Below are positions 45,321 through 54,671 of a stretch of 64,000 nucleotides of DNA, piece by piece. The DNA comes from a virus (taxonomy: Duplodnaviria; Caudoviricetes), in the IMG/VR virus record IMGVR_UViG_3300037400_002076, positions 7,717 to 71,716 of that record; one strand, written 5' to 3'. How positions within the stretch are numbered: the stretch's first letter is position 1; each line of letters opens with the position of its first letter. Under the pieces are notes generated by a model, which worked only from the letters and a program-made list of their open reading frames with translations, made no database searches and was not told the origin of the DNA. The position numbers and the translations under genes were made by a program.

Positions 45321-46490
45321 TTACACGATAATTCTACTGATTAAAAACTTCTGCTGCTCTGCACCCTGTTCCTCTTCTTTACTTACGAACGGAACAATCA
45401 TACAGTTATTACACTTGTCTGCAAACATTAAACTCATCTGTTCAGTGTCAATTGTGTTGCATACCTGAATGATGTATTCAGCGTTTAACGCAATTGAAAA
45501 TCCGTCTTTACCTGAATATGTACCTGCTTCGATACTGTCGATACAATCTTCATGCTTTGAGTTTTTCGCTTGAATATCGCAAGAGGTCGAACTGAATACT
45601 AATTCAACCGCTTTGTTCAAATTGTTACTCATTATAGATACACGAGCTACTGTTTCAGCCAGGATTTTCTTGTTGACTGTGTAGATGTGGTTAGGATTGC
45701 TAAACAGCATATTGCTAACATTCGGATATGCACAATCGATTTTAACGCTTAATAAATCCACTTCATTCACTGTTGTAGAGATAGCGTTACTACTTACACT
45801 GATTGTAACTTCCTCGTTATCCTCAATCGTTTTTTTCGCTGAATTTAACAGGTTGTATAACTGTTCGGTAGCTTTCTTTGGCAGGATAAAACCATTGTCG
45901 GTATTTTCTGTAGGATACTTTACCTCTTCAATTTCACATGCGTTTATCGCTAATCTATGTCCGTCGGCAGCAATCACTGTCAGTTTTTTACCCTCAGTCT
46001 GAAAACGCAACCCCTTTAAAAACAATCTGTAACTGTCATTAGCAATGCAGAATTTGGTTGTTTTTATAAGCTGTAATAACTCGTTTGCGTTGATCTTGTA
46101 CTCAAATAACGGCTTTACAGATATTACCTCCGGGAACAAGTCAGCGTTAATTGCCACCATAGATGATCTGAATTTACCACAGGAAGCACTCAATTTTTCA
46201 CCATCTTCTGCAATGCTAAACTTGAATATACCGCTAGGTGCTTTCTTTAACAGTTCTAACAATGTCTTTGCATTTACTGTTGTCTTACCTGCTTCCATGA
46301 CTGTTACCCCATACGCATAAGTAGATAACTGTACTTCGCAGTCGGTACATGTAAGTAACATCTTGTCGCTTTCGCTGTCAACGCTTAATAATACGTTTGC
46401 GGTTACTGGGTTTGCTGAATTTGTACTTGCCACGTTTGAAATCTTTGATAACTTTTCAAGCAGCTCTTCTTTTACAATTGTAAACTTCAT
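45321..46490 (-). CDS. dnaN: DNA polymerase III beta sliding clamp homolog
   Basis: MKFTIVKEELL; TCTDCEVQL; GKTTVNAKTL; AADGHRLA; FILPKKA; IALNAEYI; 389 aa three-domain length. Confidence 0.9.
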   Translation of the reverse strand: MKFTIVKEELLEKLSKISNVASTNSANPVTANVLLSVDSESDKMLLTCTDCEVQLSTYAYGVTVMEAGKTTVNAKTLLELLKKAPSGIFKFSIAEDGEKLSASCGKFRSSMVAINADLFPEVISVKPLFEYKINANELLQLIKTTKFCIANDSYRLFLKGLRFQTEGKKLTVIAADGHRLAINACEIEEVKYPTENTDNGFILPKKATEQLYNLLNSAKKTIEDNEEVTISVSSNAISTTVNEVDLLSVKIDCAYPNVSNMLFSNPNHIYTVNKKILAETVARVSIMSNNLNKAVELVFSSTSCDIQAKNSKHEDCIDSIEAGTYSGKDGFSIALNAEYIIQVCNTIDTEQMSLMFADKCNNCMIVPFVSKEEEQGAEQQKFLISRIIV

Positions 46491-46494
46491 TCTC

Positions 46495-47877
46495 TTATCC
46501 TTTAAAATTCTTTGCCATATCGATCAACGCTTTCACCTTGTTCAAATCATCAGTCTCGTTCTTATCGTTTCGCCATTCTATAAAACGAGGATGCGATAAT
46601 GCACAAAAACCTTTGTTCTGATTGTCGTCGAGCAGGTCATTAAATTGTAACGTAAATACCTTACCTTTGTAAAGCTCTGATTTTTCCGTTACTTCTCTCA
46701 CTTGTGGATCTGTTAAACCGCTCACAGTACCTCGTATACTGCGGTCGTCATTCTCATATACGATAACTTTGTTCATGTTTTCATATTTCGTACCTGGCTG
46801 TCCTTTTTCAAATCCAACACATCTCATTTCACAATCTACTGCAAGTTTGAATTTTAATTGCATCTTGCTCGTTCCGTTCTTAAATTCCTGTGCATAGTCC
46901 TTTACCACTGTTCCCTCTAACCCTTTTTTCATAACCCTTGAGGTGATCTGCACCACGTCTCTCTTATCGTATGCTGTGTAGGTCGGTACTACCTCGAATA
47001 GTGGACATCTCATTTCGGATACAACCTTGTTCAGATTATAGAATCTCAATTTATACGGCGATTTTGTCTTTAACGCATAGTCGCTATCGGTTAGATAATC
47101 CCATACTGTAAAATGTATCCTTTCGTACGGCGGATTGTCTGAATTGATCAACCCATTACCTTTTGCTCGATTCTCATCAGGTTCGTCTGCTTTGCCTATC
47201 GTAAACTCGCCTAGATAATATCCATCTGGCAGGTTAACAAGCGAACGCTCTAAAATAGGGTGTGTACTCGGTTCTCCTGAACGTGTCTTAAAACTAACCA
47301 CGTGATTTTCTACTCTGCACTCTCTGTACGTGCCGTCGCACTTTAACTGAACGTAACAAGGGAATATAATCTTGCTTAAATTCTTATCGTTGCAAACGTC
47401 GCACCTGCAATAATGAGGTTTTGGAATTAAGTCTTTCCATACTGAAAGAATTGATTTAACTGATAAACCTATTTTTAAATCCCTGTCTAATATCTTACAG
47501 AATGTATCAAACATCAATTGATCGTTGTAATAACAGTAATCTAAAAACTCCTTGCAAGCACCTAATCGTGATGTATGATGAATTATGACATCGGATAAGG
47601 CGTCTAACAGCTCAAATACATCTGTATATCCGAATTGTGCTACGTATACAGGAGGTTTGATCTTCGTAAAGTATATCTTGTTCTTGCTGGTTATATGTGT
47701 TCTTAACAACGCTCCGCTGATTCGGAACGAATAATCCACTTTGTTATAAGTGTAGTTAAACAGCTTTTTTAATTCCGCATTGTCTTTGTTTGCTCGCAGA
47801 ATGTCTAGCTTTTCATTTAAACCTTTTGCATTTTCGATCTGTTTAACTATCAGTAATGCTGTATGTATATCACTCAT
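46495..47877 (-). CDS. ATP-dependent DNA ligase
   Basis: QLKCDG (motif I), LGEF, VWDYL, EGTVVKD (IV), LKFK (V), HPRFIEWRNDK (VI). Confidence 0.9.
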   Translation of the reverse strand: MSDIHTALLIVKQIENAKGLNEKLDILRANKDNAELKKLFNYTYNKVDYSFRISGALLRTHITSKNKIYFTKIKPPVYVAQFGYTDVFELLDALSDVIIHHTSRLGACKEFLDYCYYNDQLMFDTFCKILDRDLKIGLSVKSILSVWKDLIPKPHYCRCDVCNDKNLSKIIFPCYVQLKCDGTYRECRVENHVVSFKTRSGEPSTHPILERSLVNLPDGYYLGEFTIGKADEPDENRAKGNGLINSDNPPYERIHFTVWDYLTDSDYALKTKSPYKLRFYNLNKVVSEMRCPLFEVVPTYTAYDKRDVVQITSRVMKKGLEGTVVKDYAQEFKNGTSKMQLKFKLAVDCEMRCVGFEKGQPGTKYENMNKVIVYENDDRSIRGTVSGLTDPQVREVTEKSELYKGKVFTLQFNDLLDDNQNKGFCALSHPRFIEWRNDKNETDDLNKVKALIDMAKNFKG

Positions 47878-48758
47878 TATGCGTACCTCTCCTGTGCTGA
47901 TACTAACTTACATTCTACAAGTTCAAACTTCTTGCAACGCTGTGAAATGATTTCTTTCTCTCGCTTCCATTCGTCAAGTGTGCGATAATTTTTACCCCAG
48001 GTCTTTGTCTCACCTTGCCAACGAAACCCAAAACCTTTAACAACTTCTTTACTGTCGTATGCAACGCTTATCACTATATCCAAACTCTGTCTGTTTGCAG
48101 ATATAATCAGCTCTTCAAAACTATTCGATTTGACAATCGCATAAAATAAAGCCAAAACATCGTTTATCGCCCTATGTGCCGTGTAAAAATAGCCAAGTGT
48201 GTGCATTATCATCTCAAGCGAGTGCTTCTTGAATCCTTTGCCAGCCCAATTTATCTCAGTCAAACTATCCGCCCATGGTTTTTTGACTAAATCAGGAAAA
48301 CGCTTGTCTACAAATTTACGATCAAAGCCAGCGTTGTGAGCAACAAACGTGTACTCGTGTGGTAAATGCAATTCTATATCATCTATGCTTAACCTCTGAC
48401 CTGCAACCATTTCCTGCGTTATCCCTGTAAGCTGTGTTGTCTTTTCAGTAATCGGTTTTGACGGCTCTTCAAACTTGTCGTACATATCGTCTATACTAAC
48501 GATCTTAAAACTCTCACTGTTGTACGTTACCACTATAAATGCCAATTCTATAATCTCGTCTACCGCAGGATTTGTACCTGTAGTCTCCGTATCTAAAATG
48601 ACTAAATGTTTGTTGCTCGGATGTCCTACAAGGCTTTGATCAAATACGTATGATTTTTCGTCTCTGTCAAGCAGTCTCTCTAACGGATTCTGCTCAATTA
48701 TCTGATAACGTTCTGGATACTTTTCTATCTTTTCTAATAACTCTTTTGTTGGCTTCAT
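47877..48758 (-). CDS. DEDDh 3'-5' exonuclease (Pol III epsilon-like)
   Basis: LDTETTG, AHNAGFD, HRAIND. Confidence 0.9.
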   Translation of the reverse strand: MKPTKELLEKIEKYPERYQIIEQNPLERLLDRDEKSYVFDQSLVGHPSNKHLVILDTETTGTNPAVDEIIELAFIVVTYNSESFKIVSIDDMYDKFEEPSKPITEKTTQLTGITQEMVAGQRLSIDDIELHLPHEYTFVAHNAGFDRKFVDKRFPDLVKKPWADSLTEINWAGKGFKKHSLEMIMHTLGYFYTAHRAINDVLALFYAIVKSNSFEELIISANRQSLDIVISVAYDSKEVVKGFGFRWQGETKTWGKNYRTLDEWKREKEIISQRCKKFELVECKLVSAQERYA

Positions 48759-49246
48759 GGTAAGATCTCCTCACAATTTTTTAAATCATAAACCTTTTGA
48801 TTTCCTGAACCTCGGTATGGCTTCTTTTCACACTTGTACTGCACCTCAAATTTGCCGTCAACCAAATGATCCGCAACCTCTCGTAAGTCGTTCACAAATG
48901 CAGGTGATTGCGAAAATAACTGTTCCAAAGTATATCCCGTATAAATCCATATGTCGATGCTCGGCTTTGCTTTTTTGATCTCTTTACAGATTTCAATCAC
49001 ACTCATGCGGTTATACAAACTCAACGGATCTCCACCGCTTATCGTTAATCTGCTTATAAACGGCTTGCTTATACACTGAATCAGATAACGTGTCGTTTCT
49101 CTCGTGTACGCCTCACCTTTGTTCTTATCCCACGTCTGCTTATTGAAACACTCTTTACAATGATGCTGACATCCGCTGACATACAACGTCGTGCCAAAAC
49201 CAAAACCGTTATTACACTCTACACTTTCTATCGCAAAATATTTCAT
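48755..49246 (-). CDS. nrdG: Anaerobic RNR activating enzyme (radical SAM)
   Basis: TLYVSGCQHHCKECFN; LTISGGDPL; IWIYTGY; LVDGKF; YRGSGNQ. Confidence 0.95.
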   Translation of the reverse strand: MKYFAIESVECNNGFGFGTTLYVSGCQHHCKECFNKQTWDKNKGEAYTRETTRYLIQCISKPFISRLTISGGDPLSLYNRMSVIEICKEIKKAKPSIDIWIYTGYTLEQLFSQSPAFVNDLREVADHLVDGKFEVQYKCEKKPYRGSGNQKVYDLKNCEEILP

Positions 49247-49260
49247 TTCTTTTCCTTAAC

Positions 49261-49287
49261 AAAAAAGGCCAGGCTCTTCGCCTAGCC
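49261..49287 (-). terminator. Intrinsic terminator
   Basis: GGCTAGGC-GAAGA-GCCTGGCC-TTTTTT. Confidence 0.8.
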
Positions 49288-49309
49288 AAAACACAACGTC
49301 GGAGGATCG

Positions 49310-49750
49310 TTAATCTTCTGCGTTCGCTACAAATTCAAGGGTTGGTGCTTTTTCTTTTACAACCAACATCTTGTCCACAATCGCCTTATCCTCTGCACTC
49401 AATTCGTTGTAAGCCTTTGCTTTCAGTCCATGAGTTACCTTGACTAAACTGCCAATGTTAATGAAGTTCTTTTCACATTCACGTGCCACTACATCAAACA
49501 GCTCTTCGTCAATTGAGGTTGAATAGCCTTTAGTGTATACAAGTTTTCCGCCTTTTACTTCAACAGTGTTCTTCCCCTTATGTGATTCGGTGAAATTCTT
49601 TTCAATCAATTCCTTGCGAATCTTCATCTCAAGTTCTTTTACGCTTGACAATACTTCCTGTGCTTGTCTCCATGCGTTCAAAAGATCGCCCTGCTCAATT
49701 CTGCTGCCAAGTTCTTCCATTACTAACTTATTCAAAGTACACATAATCAT
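49310..49750 (-). CDS. Hypothetical phage protein
   Basis: 146 aa, coiled-coil N-terminus. Confidence 0.75.
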   Translation of the reverse strand: MIMCTLNKLVMEELGSRIEQGDLLNAWRQAQEVLSSVKELEMKIRKELIEKNFTESHKGKNTVEVKGGKLVYTKGYSTSIDEELFDVVARECEKNFINIGSLVKVTHGLKAKAYNELSAEDKAIVDKMLVVKEKAPTLEFVANAED

Positions 49751-49819
49751 ACCCTCTCTAATATCAAATCCTGTTTACTGCCTAACAATTCCCACCCTGC
49801 CACCACTATAACGTTTCTA

Positions 49820-50173
49820 TTAATGGAATCTCCTTTCTACACGATCCTCGTATAAATCATCTTCTAACTCCTGCTTGCACACGTAATCTATGTAATCACT
49901 TAACCAATTGCCAAACTTTGTCCTGGCATTGTCACTGTCAAACACATAACACCAGCAAGGTTCGTAATCATGATCGGCACAGCACTCAAATACCTTGTCA
50001 AACATATCGCCTTTATATAATTCTACGTCAAAGCCATTATTGATTAAATAAGCGTACAGGTCGCCTACAAATTCAGTGTCCTTGTATCTGTCGTTCAGAT
50101 AATCGCACAATACTTCAAGATCTTCACCACATTCGATAAGGTCAAACTCATATTCAAAATCTCTGTATCTCAT
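49820..50173 (-). CDS. Hypothetical acidic protein
   Basis: 117 aa, D/E/Y/C-rich. Confidence 0.7.
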   Translation of the reverse strand: MRYRDFEYEFDLIECGEDLEVLCDYLNDRYKDTEFVGDLYAYLINNGFDVELYKGDMFDKVFECCADHDYEPCWCYVFDSDNARTKFGNWLSDYIDYVCKQELEDDLYEDRVERRFH

Positions 50174-50648
50174 ATTCTATACTCCTACGTTGTACTCTTT
50201 TTCTTTTCTTGAGCTTCGGTCTTACAACCTCTTGCTCTATGTTTTTATTGTACAAACTTTTATTTCGTAATTCAATATATGTTTTTAAATTTGTGACACA
50301 TTTCTCAAATTTGGCTTTAACTACCTCGTGCTGCCATAGGTTAAACTCCTCAATTTTCATGTTTCTCTGAATCTTGATTACTCGTGTTTTGCGTTCCCAC
50401 TCGTCGTTTTTCGGTAGTTTTGCGAGGTTTCCTGTATACACTTTTAGAGTTATGCCGTAAATGCTCTGCACGTCTTTGTATCGCATTGCGTTCAGCAAGG
50501 CGTCTTTTATAGTCGGCGAGCTGGCGTAAAAATTAGCAACAAATCGTGTGTTAAGACCATATGCCGTACACACTTCTGTTAAACTGTTAAACTGCTCGCC
50601 TCGTAACAACATCGGAAATTCGATAAGTTTATTTGCATCGTCATTCAT
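50154..50648 (-). CDS. Hypothetical protein with one NUMOD1-like module
   Basis: LRGEQFNSLTEVCTAYGL resembles the repeats of 29181-30509. Confidence 0.6.
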   Translation of the reverse strand: MNDDANKLIEFPMLLRGEQFNSLTEVCTAYGLNTRFVANFYASSPTIKDALLNAMRYKDVQSIYGITLKVYTGNLAKLPKNDEWERKTRVIKIQRNMKIEEFNLWQHEVVKAKFEKCVTNLKTYIELRNKSLYNKNIEQEVVRPKLKKRKRVQRRSIEYEIQRF

Positions 50649-51141
50649 ATTGCTTCACCATCAGCTTATCTTCAACAAGTTTTAACATATCTGGGTTTAT
50701 AAATGTATCGCCGTCTACATCGTTGTTTATCAAACTGATTTGCACCTCGTCTATCAGCTTTGCATACTGTCTGATAACGCTGTGAATCAGCATAGCTCCG
50801 CCTATGAAATAAACATCTTTATCCGCTAAATCTCGCATGAGATACAGAACACTATGCTCTACATCAACTATTGGGGTAAGTGATGATAGGAAAATTACAT
50901 TGTCAGCTTTGCAATTCTTATTCTGAAAATCTACATAATCCTCATCTAAACTCACCACAATATTAAATCGCTTTGGCAACGGTCCGTTTAAACTTTCATA
51001 CGTTTTTCTACCCATTACCACAATGTTGCCTACTGTCTCTTTTTTGAAGTCTTGAAGATCTTGCGAACAATGCCATGGAATTGTGCCGTTTAAACCGATT
51101 ACGTGCTTGTTATTCATTGCAAATTTTATTATAAATTTCAT
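50641..51141 (-). CDS. folA: Dihydrofolate reductase
   Basis: VIGLNGTIPWHCSQDLQDFKKET; VMGRKTYES; LPKRFNIVVS; IGGA; GDTF. Confidence 0.95.
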   Translation of the reverse strand: MKFIIKFAMNNKHVIGLNGTIPWHCSQDLQDFKKETVGNIVVMGRKTYESLNGPLPKRFNIVVSLDEDYVDFQNKNCKADNVIFLSSLTPIVDVEHSVLYLMRDLADKDVYFIGGAMLIHSVIRQYAKLIDEVQISLINNDVDGDTFINPDMLKLVEDKLMVKQYE

Positions 51142-51159
51142 TTCATTTTCCTCTTTCTC

Positions 51160-51681
51160 TTATGCCACAGGGTATATCTGAATTACCACTTTTCCTACCT
51201 TTTCTAATGGGGTTGCGTTCCACTCTTCGTGAATCACATAATCGATATTATCATCAGGAATTATGTGATATTCAACCAACGCATCTAAAAAGAATTTACT
51301 TGTTACTGAACAAACATTCATTCCGTCGTGTCTACGCTTCATTTCACTCGTGAACGTCAGCATGTAATTCACACTGATTTTGTTCATATGAGGCAGCGTG
51401 CATATAGCGTCTCGCATAATTGACGTGTATATCTTTTTCGCATCTCCTAATGTTGACCAATGCGCATTACGATAATGGTTCATGTTCATTGGGAATTTTT
51501 TATTACTCGTTACCTGAATGAACAACGGTGATTCGATTTTAAAACACTGCAATTCCTCGTCATACTCACAGCTCGTCTTGAGATCTACAGGTATCACAAT
51601 TTTAGGCTCTCTGCGTTTTCTCGGCTTCTTTACAGGTACTTCTTCTTCGTCTGTTATGTCAATTCTTCTTACTCTTGCCAT
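51160..51681 (-). CDS. rusA: RusA-like Holliday junction resolvase
   Basis: RRHDGMN...SKFFLDALVEYHIIPDDN. Confidence 0.75.
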   Translation of the reverse strand: MARVRRIDITDEEEVPVKKPRKRREPKIVIPVDLKTSCEYDEELQCFKIESPLFIQVTSNKKFPMNMNHYRNAHWSTLGDAKKIYTSIMRDAICTLPHMNKISVNYMLTFTSEMKRRHDGMNVCSVTSKFFLDALVEYHIIPDDNIDYVIHEEWNATPLEKVGKVVIQIYPVA

Positions 51682-54671
51682 TTGTCTTTTAACCCCTTAA
51701 AATCCAACAGTTTATAACACAACCCGGTTGTCTTGAACATTGTTGCCACAGTCTGTTTTGCTACAGGTTCTATCGCACCCTCAATAACCAATCTTTGTAA
51801 TGCCTGATCCACCGATCTGTTAAACCCTATCTTTGTGTTTATAAAAGATTTGTTTGCACTTAACATCGTTGTTATATATTTAATCGGTACTACAGCTTTT
51901 GCCTGCATTGCTTTTATCGTTTCTACATTACAGTTTGACCGGGTAGCTAATGTGATTTGATTGCTTGAGATCACAAAGCCTTTAAATACATCTAACATTG
52001 TTTCAACCTGTGTAGTCTCACTGTTTCCTGTTAAGTTTGTATCGCCGTTAGCAATCATCTCGTACATCGTTGCTATATCTAACATCACAAGGCGAGTAGC
52101 CCAACCCATATGCTGTAATGTTATTTTTGGCGACCCAGGGTTTTGGCATACCGCACATATACCTGCGAGCTTCATAATCTTCAACTGAAATCTTACCCAG
52201 GCTTGTCTAAAATGTTCTTTATCCCCTGCCTGATCAAGCATATCTATTGATAACTGTTCCAACAAATCATTGTACTCAAACGCAGGCTCGGTAAAATCCA
52301 CATTCACAAATCTAGGCTTTATCCCCTCTGCTAATCCCTCTTCCTGAATACATAAGTCTTTGATAGCCGATAAAACGTGTGTAGGTATCCTTTGATTTAA
52401 CCGCAGTTTATTCTGTAATACAGCTCTGCCTTTGTAGGTCACAGTTATAAATCGGCTTAAAAAACCGTCTTGCGCCATTTGTGGTGAAAGTGCATCAGCA
52501 TAACCTGCAATAGTCGTTTCACCGACAACTGAAAACGCAGGTGCGGTAGCTTCTGAAATACTCTCATCTGCATTACTGTATGTCATTGCACTTAACATCG
52601 CTGTTTTTCCTGAACCTGTATACAGCTTTAAATACTGACCCTTTAAAGTATCCGCAGGTGAACCTACTCTGCAATCTCCCATCTGTGCTAATGCTTTACC
52701 AAATTCTGACTGAAAATTGCAAAAACTTACGTAGCGTCTCGCAGGTTGACTGCCTAATGCTGCACTCCCCGCTGTCATTGACATTCGCTTGGCTGTTGAT
52801 ACTGACCCTGCTTCTGCCAAACATCGCTTTACAAGTGCCTGACCTGATACGAAATCATCATCTACTATATGACGGCGTAGTTTTCCGATTTCCGTCGGAT
52901 AAGCCTCAGTAAATTCCCATACAAGATCGTTTTTGGTAGTATGCAAACCCTCTTTACCTATACCGCTTCTCGCAGAAAGGATAATATAATTGTTCAAACC
53001 TGTGCCAGTTGGTAACTGCCACATTTTTCCTACGATACCACTAGCAATGGCTAATGCGCTTACTACTGATACTTCCAAGATAGGTTTAATTCTTGTCTGA
53101 TATGACCATTTGGTTAAATCGTACAGCCACCCAGAGCTAACAGGAGGTACAATCATGGCGTTAGTATCAGAGATTGAAAATCCCTTTGAGGTTATATACC
53201 CCTTGTCTAACAAACGCTTAAACGAAATGTCATTGTCTGATTTGAATGATACTATCTCATTGCTTGGAACAACCCCCACTCTTTTTAATTGAGCGACCAA
53301 ACCTGTGGCGTACATGCAGTCAGCCAACAATTCAGCCGGGGTATAAGTCGGATCGGTATCCTCATTCTGCCAACGTGAATTTACCAACACTGTTTCAGGA
53401 GCAATATCGAGATACTTCTTGTTGATAAACTCATCTATAAGAGCTTTCTTTTCCGCTTCTTCCTCGGTTTTTCTCTGCTCGTTAATGTCATTTACAATAT
53501 TTGTAACCTGCTCATCGATTTCAGTGTTAAACTGTGGAATTGCGTAGGTATTAGCCTCGCTTTCTCTCACGCTGGCTATCATGCGATTAAGATAATCTAC
53601 TCGTGTTGCTTTAGGTCTTTTTGCCAACTCTGACTGTGCAAAAATAGCTTTTACCACTGAATCAATTTTGCAATAACGACAAATCAAACTTATCAATGCA
53701 AAGTCGGCTTCTGACTGTGACGGATAACTTAATGTGTACTCTGAATTGTAAACGCTCTTTGTAGGATCATTGTCGTAGTTCAGATTACAATGCGCTTCAA
53801 ATAATTGCAAAAACGTCTCACGATCCGTTGATTGCAGAATTTCACAAACATGAAAGTTTATATCCACAACCAACACATCAGTGTCATATGTGTATGCGGT
53901 ATCAACATCAACACTTTCCACCGATTGCTGCTGTGCAGGCTCTTTTAACGCTGCACATAATTCGTCAAGTTCTTTTTGTCTTGATTCTATTGTGGTAACT
54001 TCTTTTTCAACAACATCTTCTGTTACAACAGCAAATCTGTCTTGAGAATAGACTTCAAAACCGACAATTCCTTGGGCTTTGTGTTTAGCCCCACTACGAA
54101 TACCACTAGCACCTGTTTTGCTTGAATTTGGATATTTTGTCTCATCGATCTTGCCTTTGATGATAACGTGATAACCTGTGCCACTGACGGATCTCTCCGT
54201 ATATGAATTTAACTTTTCAATCCATAAGTCTTGAAAACCAATTTCCTGCTGAGATAACTGCTCTTTTCGATCAAGGTCAATTATCGCAAACGGACAATCT
54301 TTTGTGAACACAAATCCCATAGCGAGCTGACATTCACGATTTACGGGGTAGAGCATCAACGAATTACGACACAGCTTGTCTACCGCAGCATATGTGAGCC
54401 AACCTGCTTTGAATTTGATTGTAGCACCTGTGTTAGCTAAATCTCCTGAGTAACTTTTGTTGCCACTCTTATCAACAGAAAATGTGTACTGCAACCATAA
54501 GTTATCACCCTGTTGGATGTAATCTTCGTTGCCATCCTCAAAATACTGAGGATATACTGCCTTTACCTTGTCAATCCAACTTTGTGTTACAACGAGCGGT
54601 TGTTTTTCACCTGTCTTACCAAAACACAACGCCCACTGCTTCAATTCCTTTAATTCTTCTAAACTATCCAC
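51669..54671 (-). CDS. Primase-polymerase / helicase fusion
   Basis: AEP motifs FAIIDLD and TERSVSGTGYH; SQSEADFAL helical domain; C-terminal Walker-A-like ARSGIGKE and DGFLSRF. Confidence 0.8.
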   Translation of the reverse strand: MDSLEELKELKQWALCFGKTGEKQPLVVTQSWIDKVKAVYPQYFEDGNEDYIQQGDNLWLQYTFSVDKSGNKSYSGDLANTGATIKFKAGWLTYAAVDKLCRNSLMLYPVNRECQLAMGFVFTKDCPFAIIDLDRKEQLSQQEIGFQDLWIEKLNSYTERSVSGTGYHVIIKGKIDETKYPNSSKTGASGIRSGAKHKAQGIVGFEVYSQDRFAVVTEDVVEKEVTTIESRQKELDELCAALKEPAQQQSVESVDVDTAYTYDTDVLVVDINFHVCEILQSTDRETFLQLFEAHCNLNYDNDPTKSVYNSEYTLSYPSQSEADFALISLICRYCKIDSVVKAIFAQSELAKRPKATRVDYLNRMIASVRESEANTYAIPQFNTEIDEQVTNIVNDINEQRKTEEEAEKKALIDEFINKKYLDIAPETVLVNSRWQNEDTDPTYTPAELLADCMYATGLVAQLKRVGVVPSNEIVSFKSDNDISFKRLLDKGYITSKGFSISDTNAMIVPPVSSGWLYDLTKWSYQTRIKPILEVSVVSALAIASGIVGKMWQLPTGTGLNNYIILSARSGIGKEGLHTTKNDLVWEFTEAYPTEIGKLRRHIVDDDFVSGQALVKRCLAEAGSVSTAKRMSMTAGSAALGSQPARRYVSFCNFQSEFGKALAQMGDCRVGSPADTLKGQYLKLYTGSGKTAMLSAMTYSNADESISEATAPAFSVVGETTIAGYADALSPQMAQDGFLSRFITVTYKGRAVLQNKLRLNQRIPTHVLSAIKDLCIQEEGLAEGIKPRFVNVDFTEPAFEYNDLLEQLSIDMLDQAGDKEHFRQAWVRFQLKIMKLAGICAVCQNPGSPKITLQHMGWATRLVMLDIATMYEMIANGDTNLTGNSETTQVETMLDVFKGFVISSNQITLATRSNCNVETIKAMQAKAVVPIKYITTMLSANKSFINTKIGFNRSVDQALQRLVIEGAIEPVAKQTVATMFKTTGLCYKLLDFKGLKDKWQE

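Noticed and set aside
13496-49271. GGCC showing the same context rule as CCGG
   Set aside because: GGCC is scarce (about 7 seen) but its flanks vary, so this is plain depletion with no conditional pattern.
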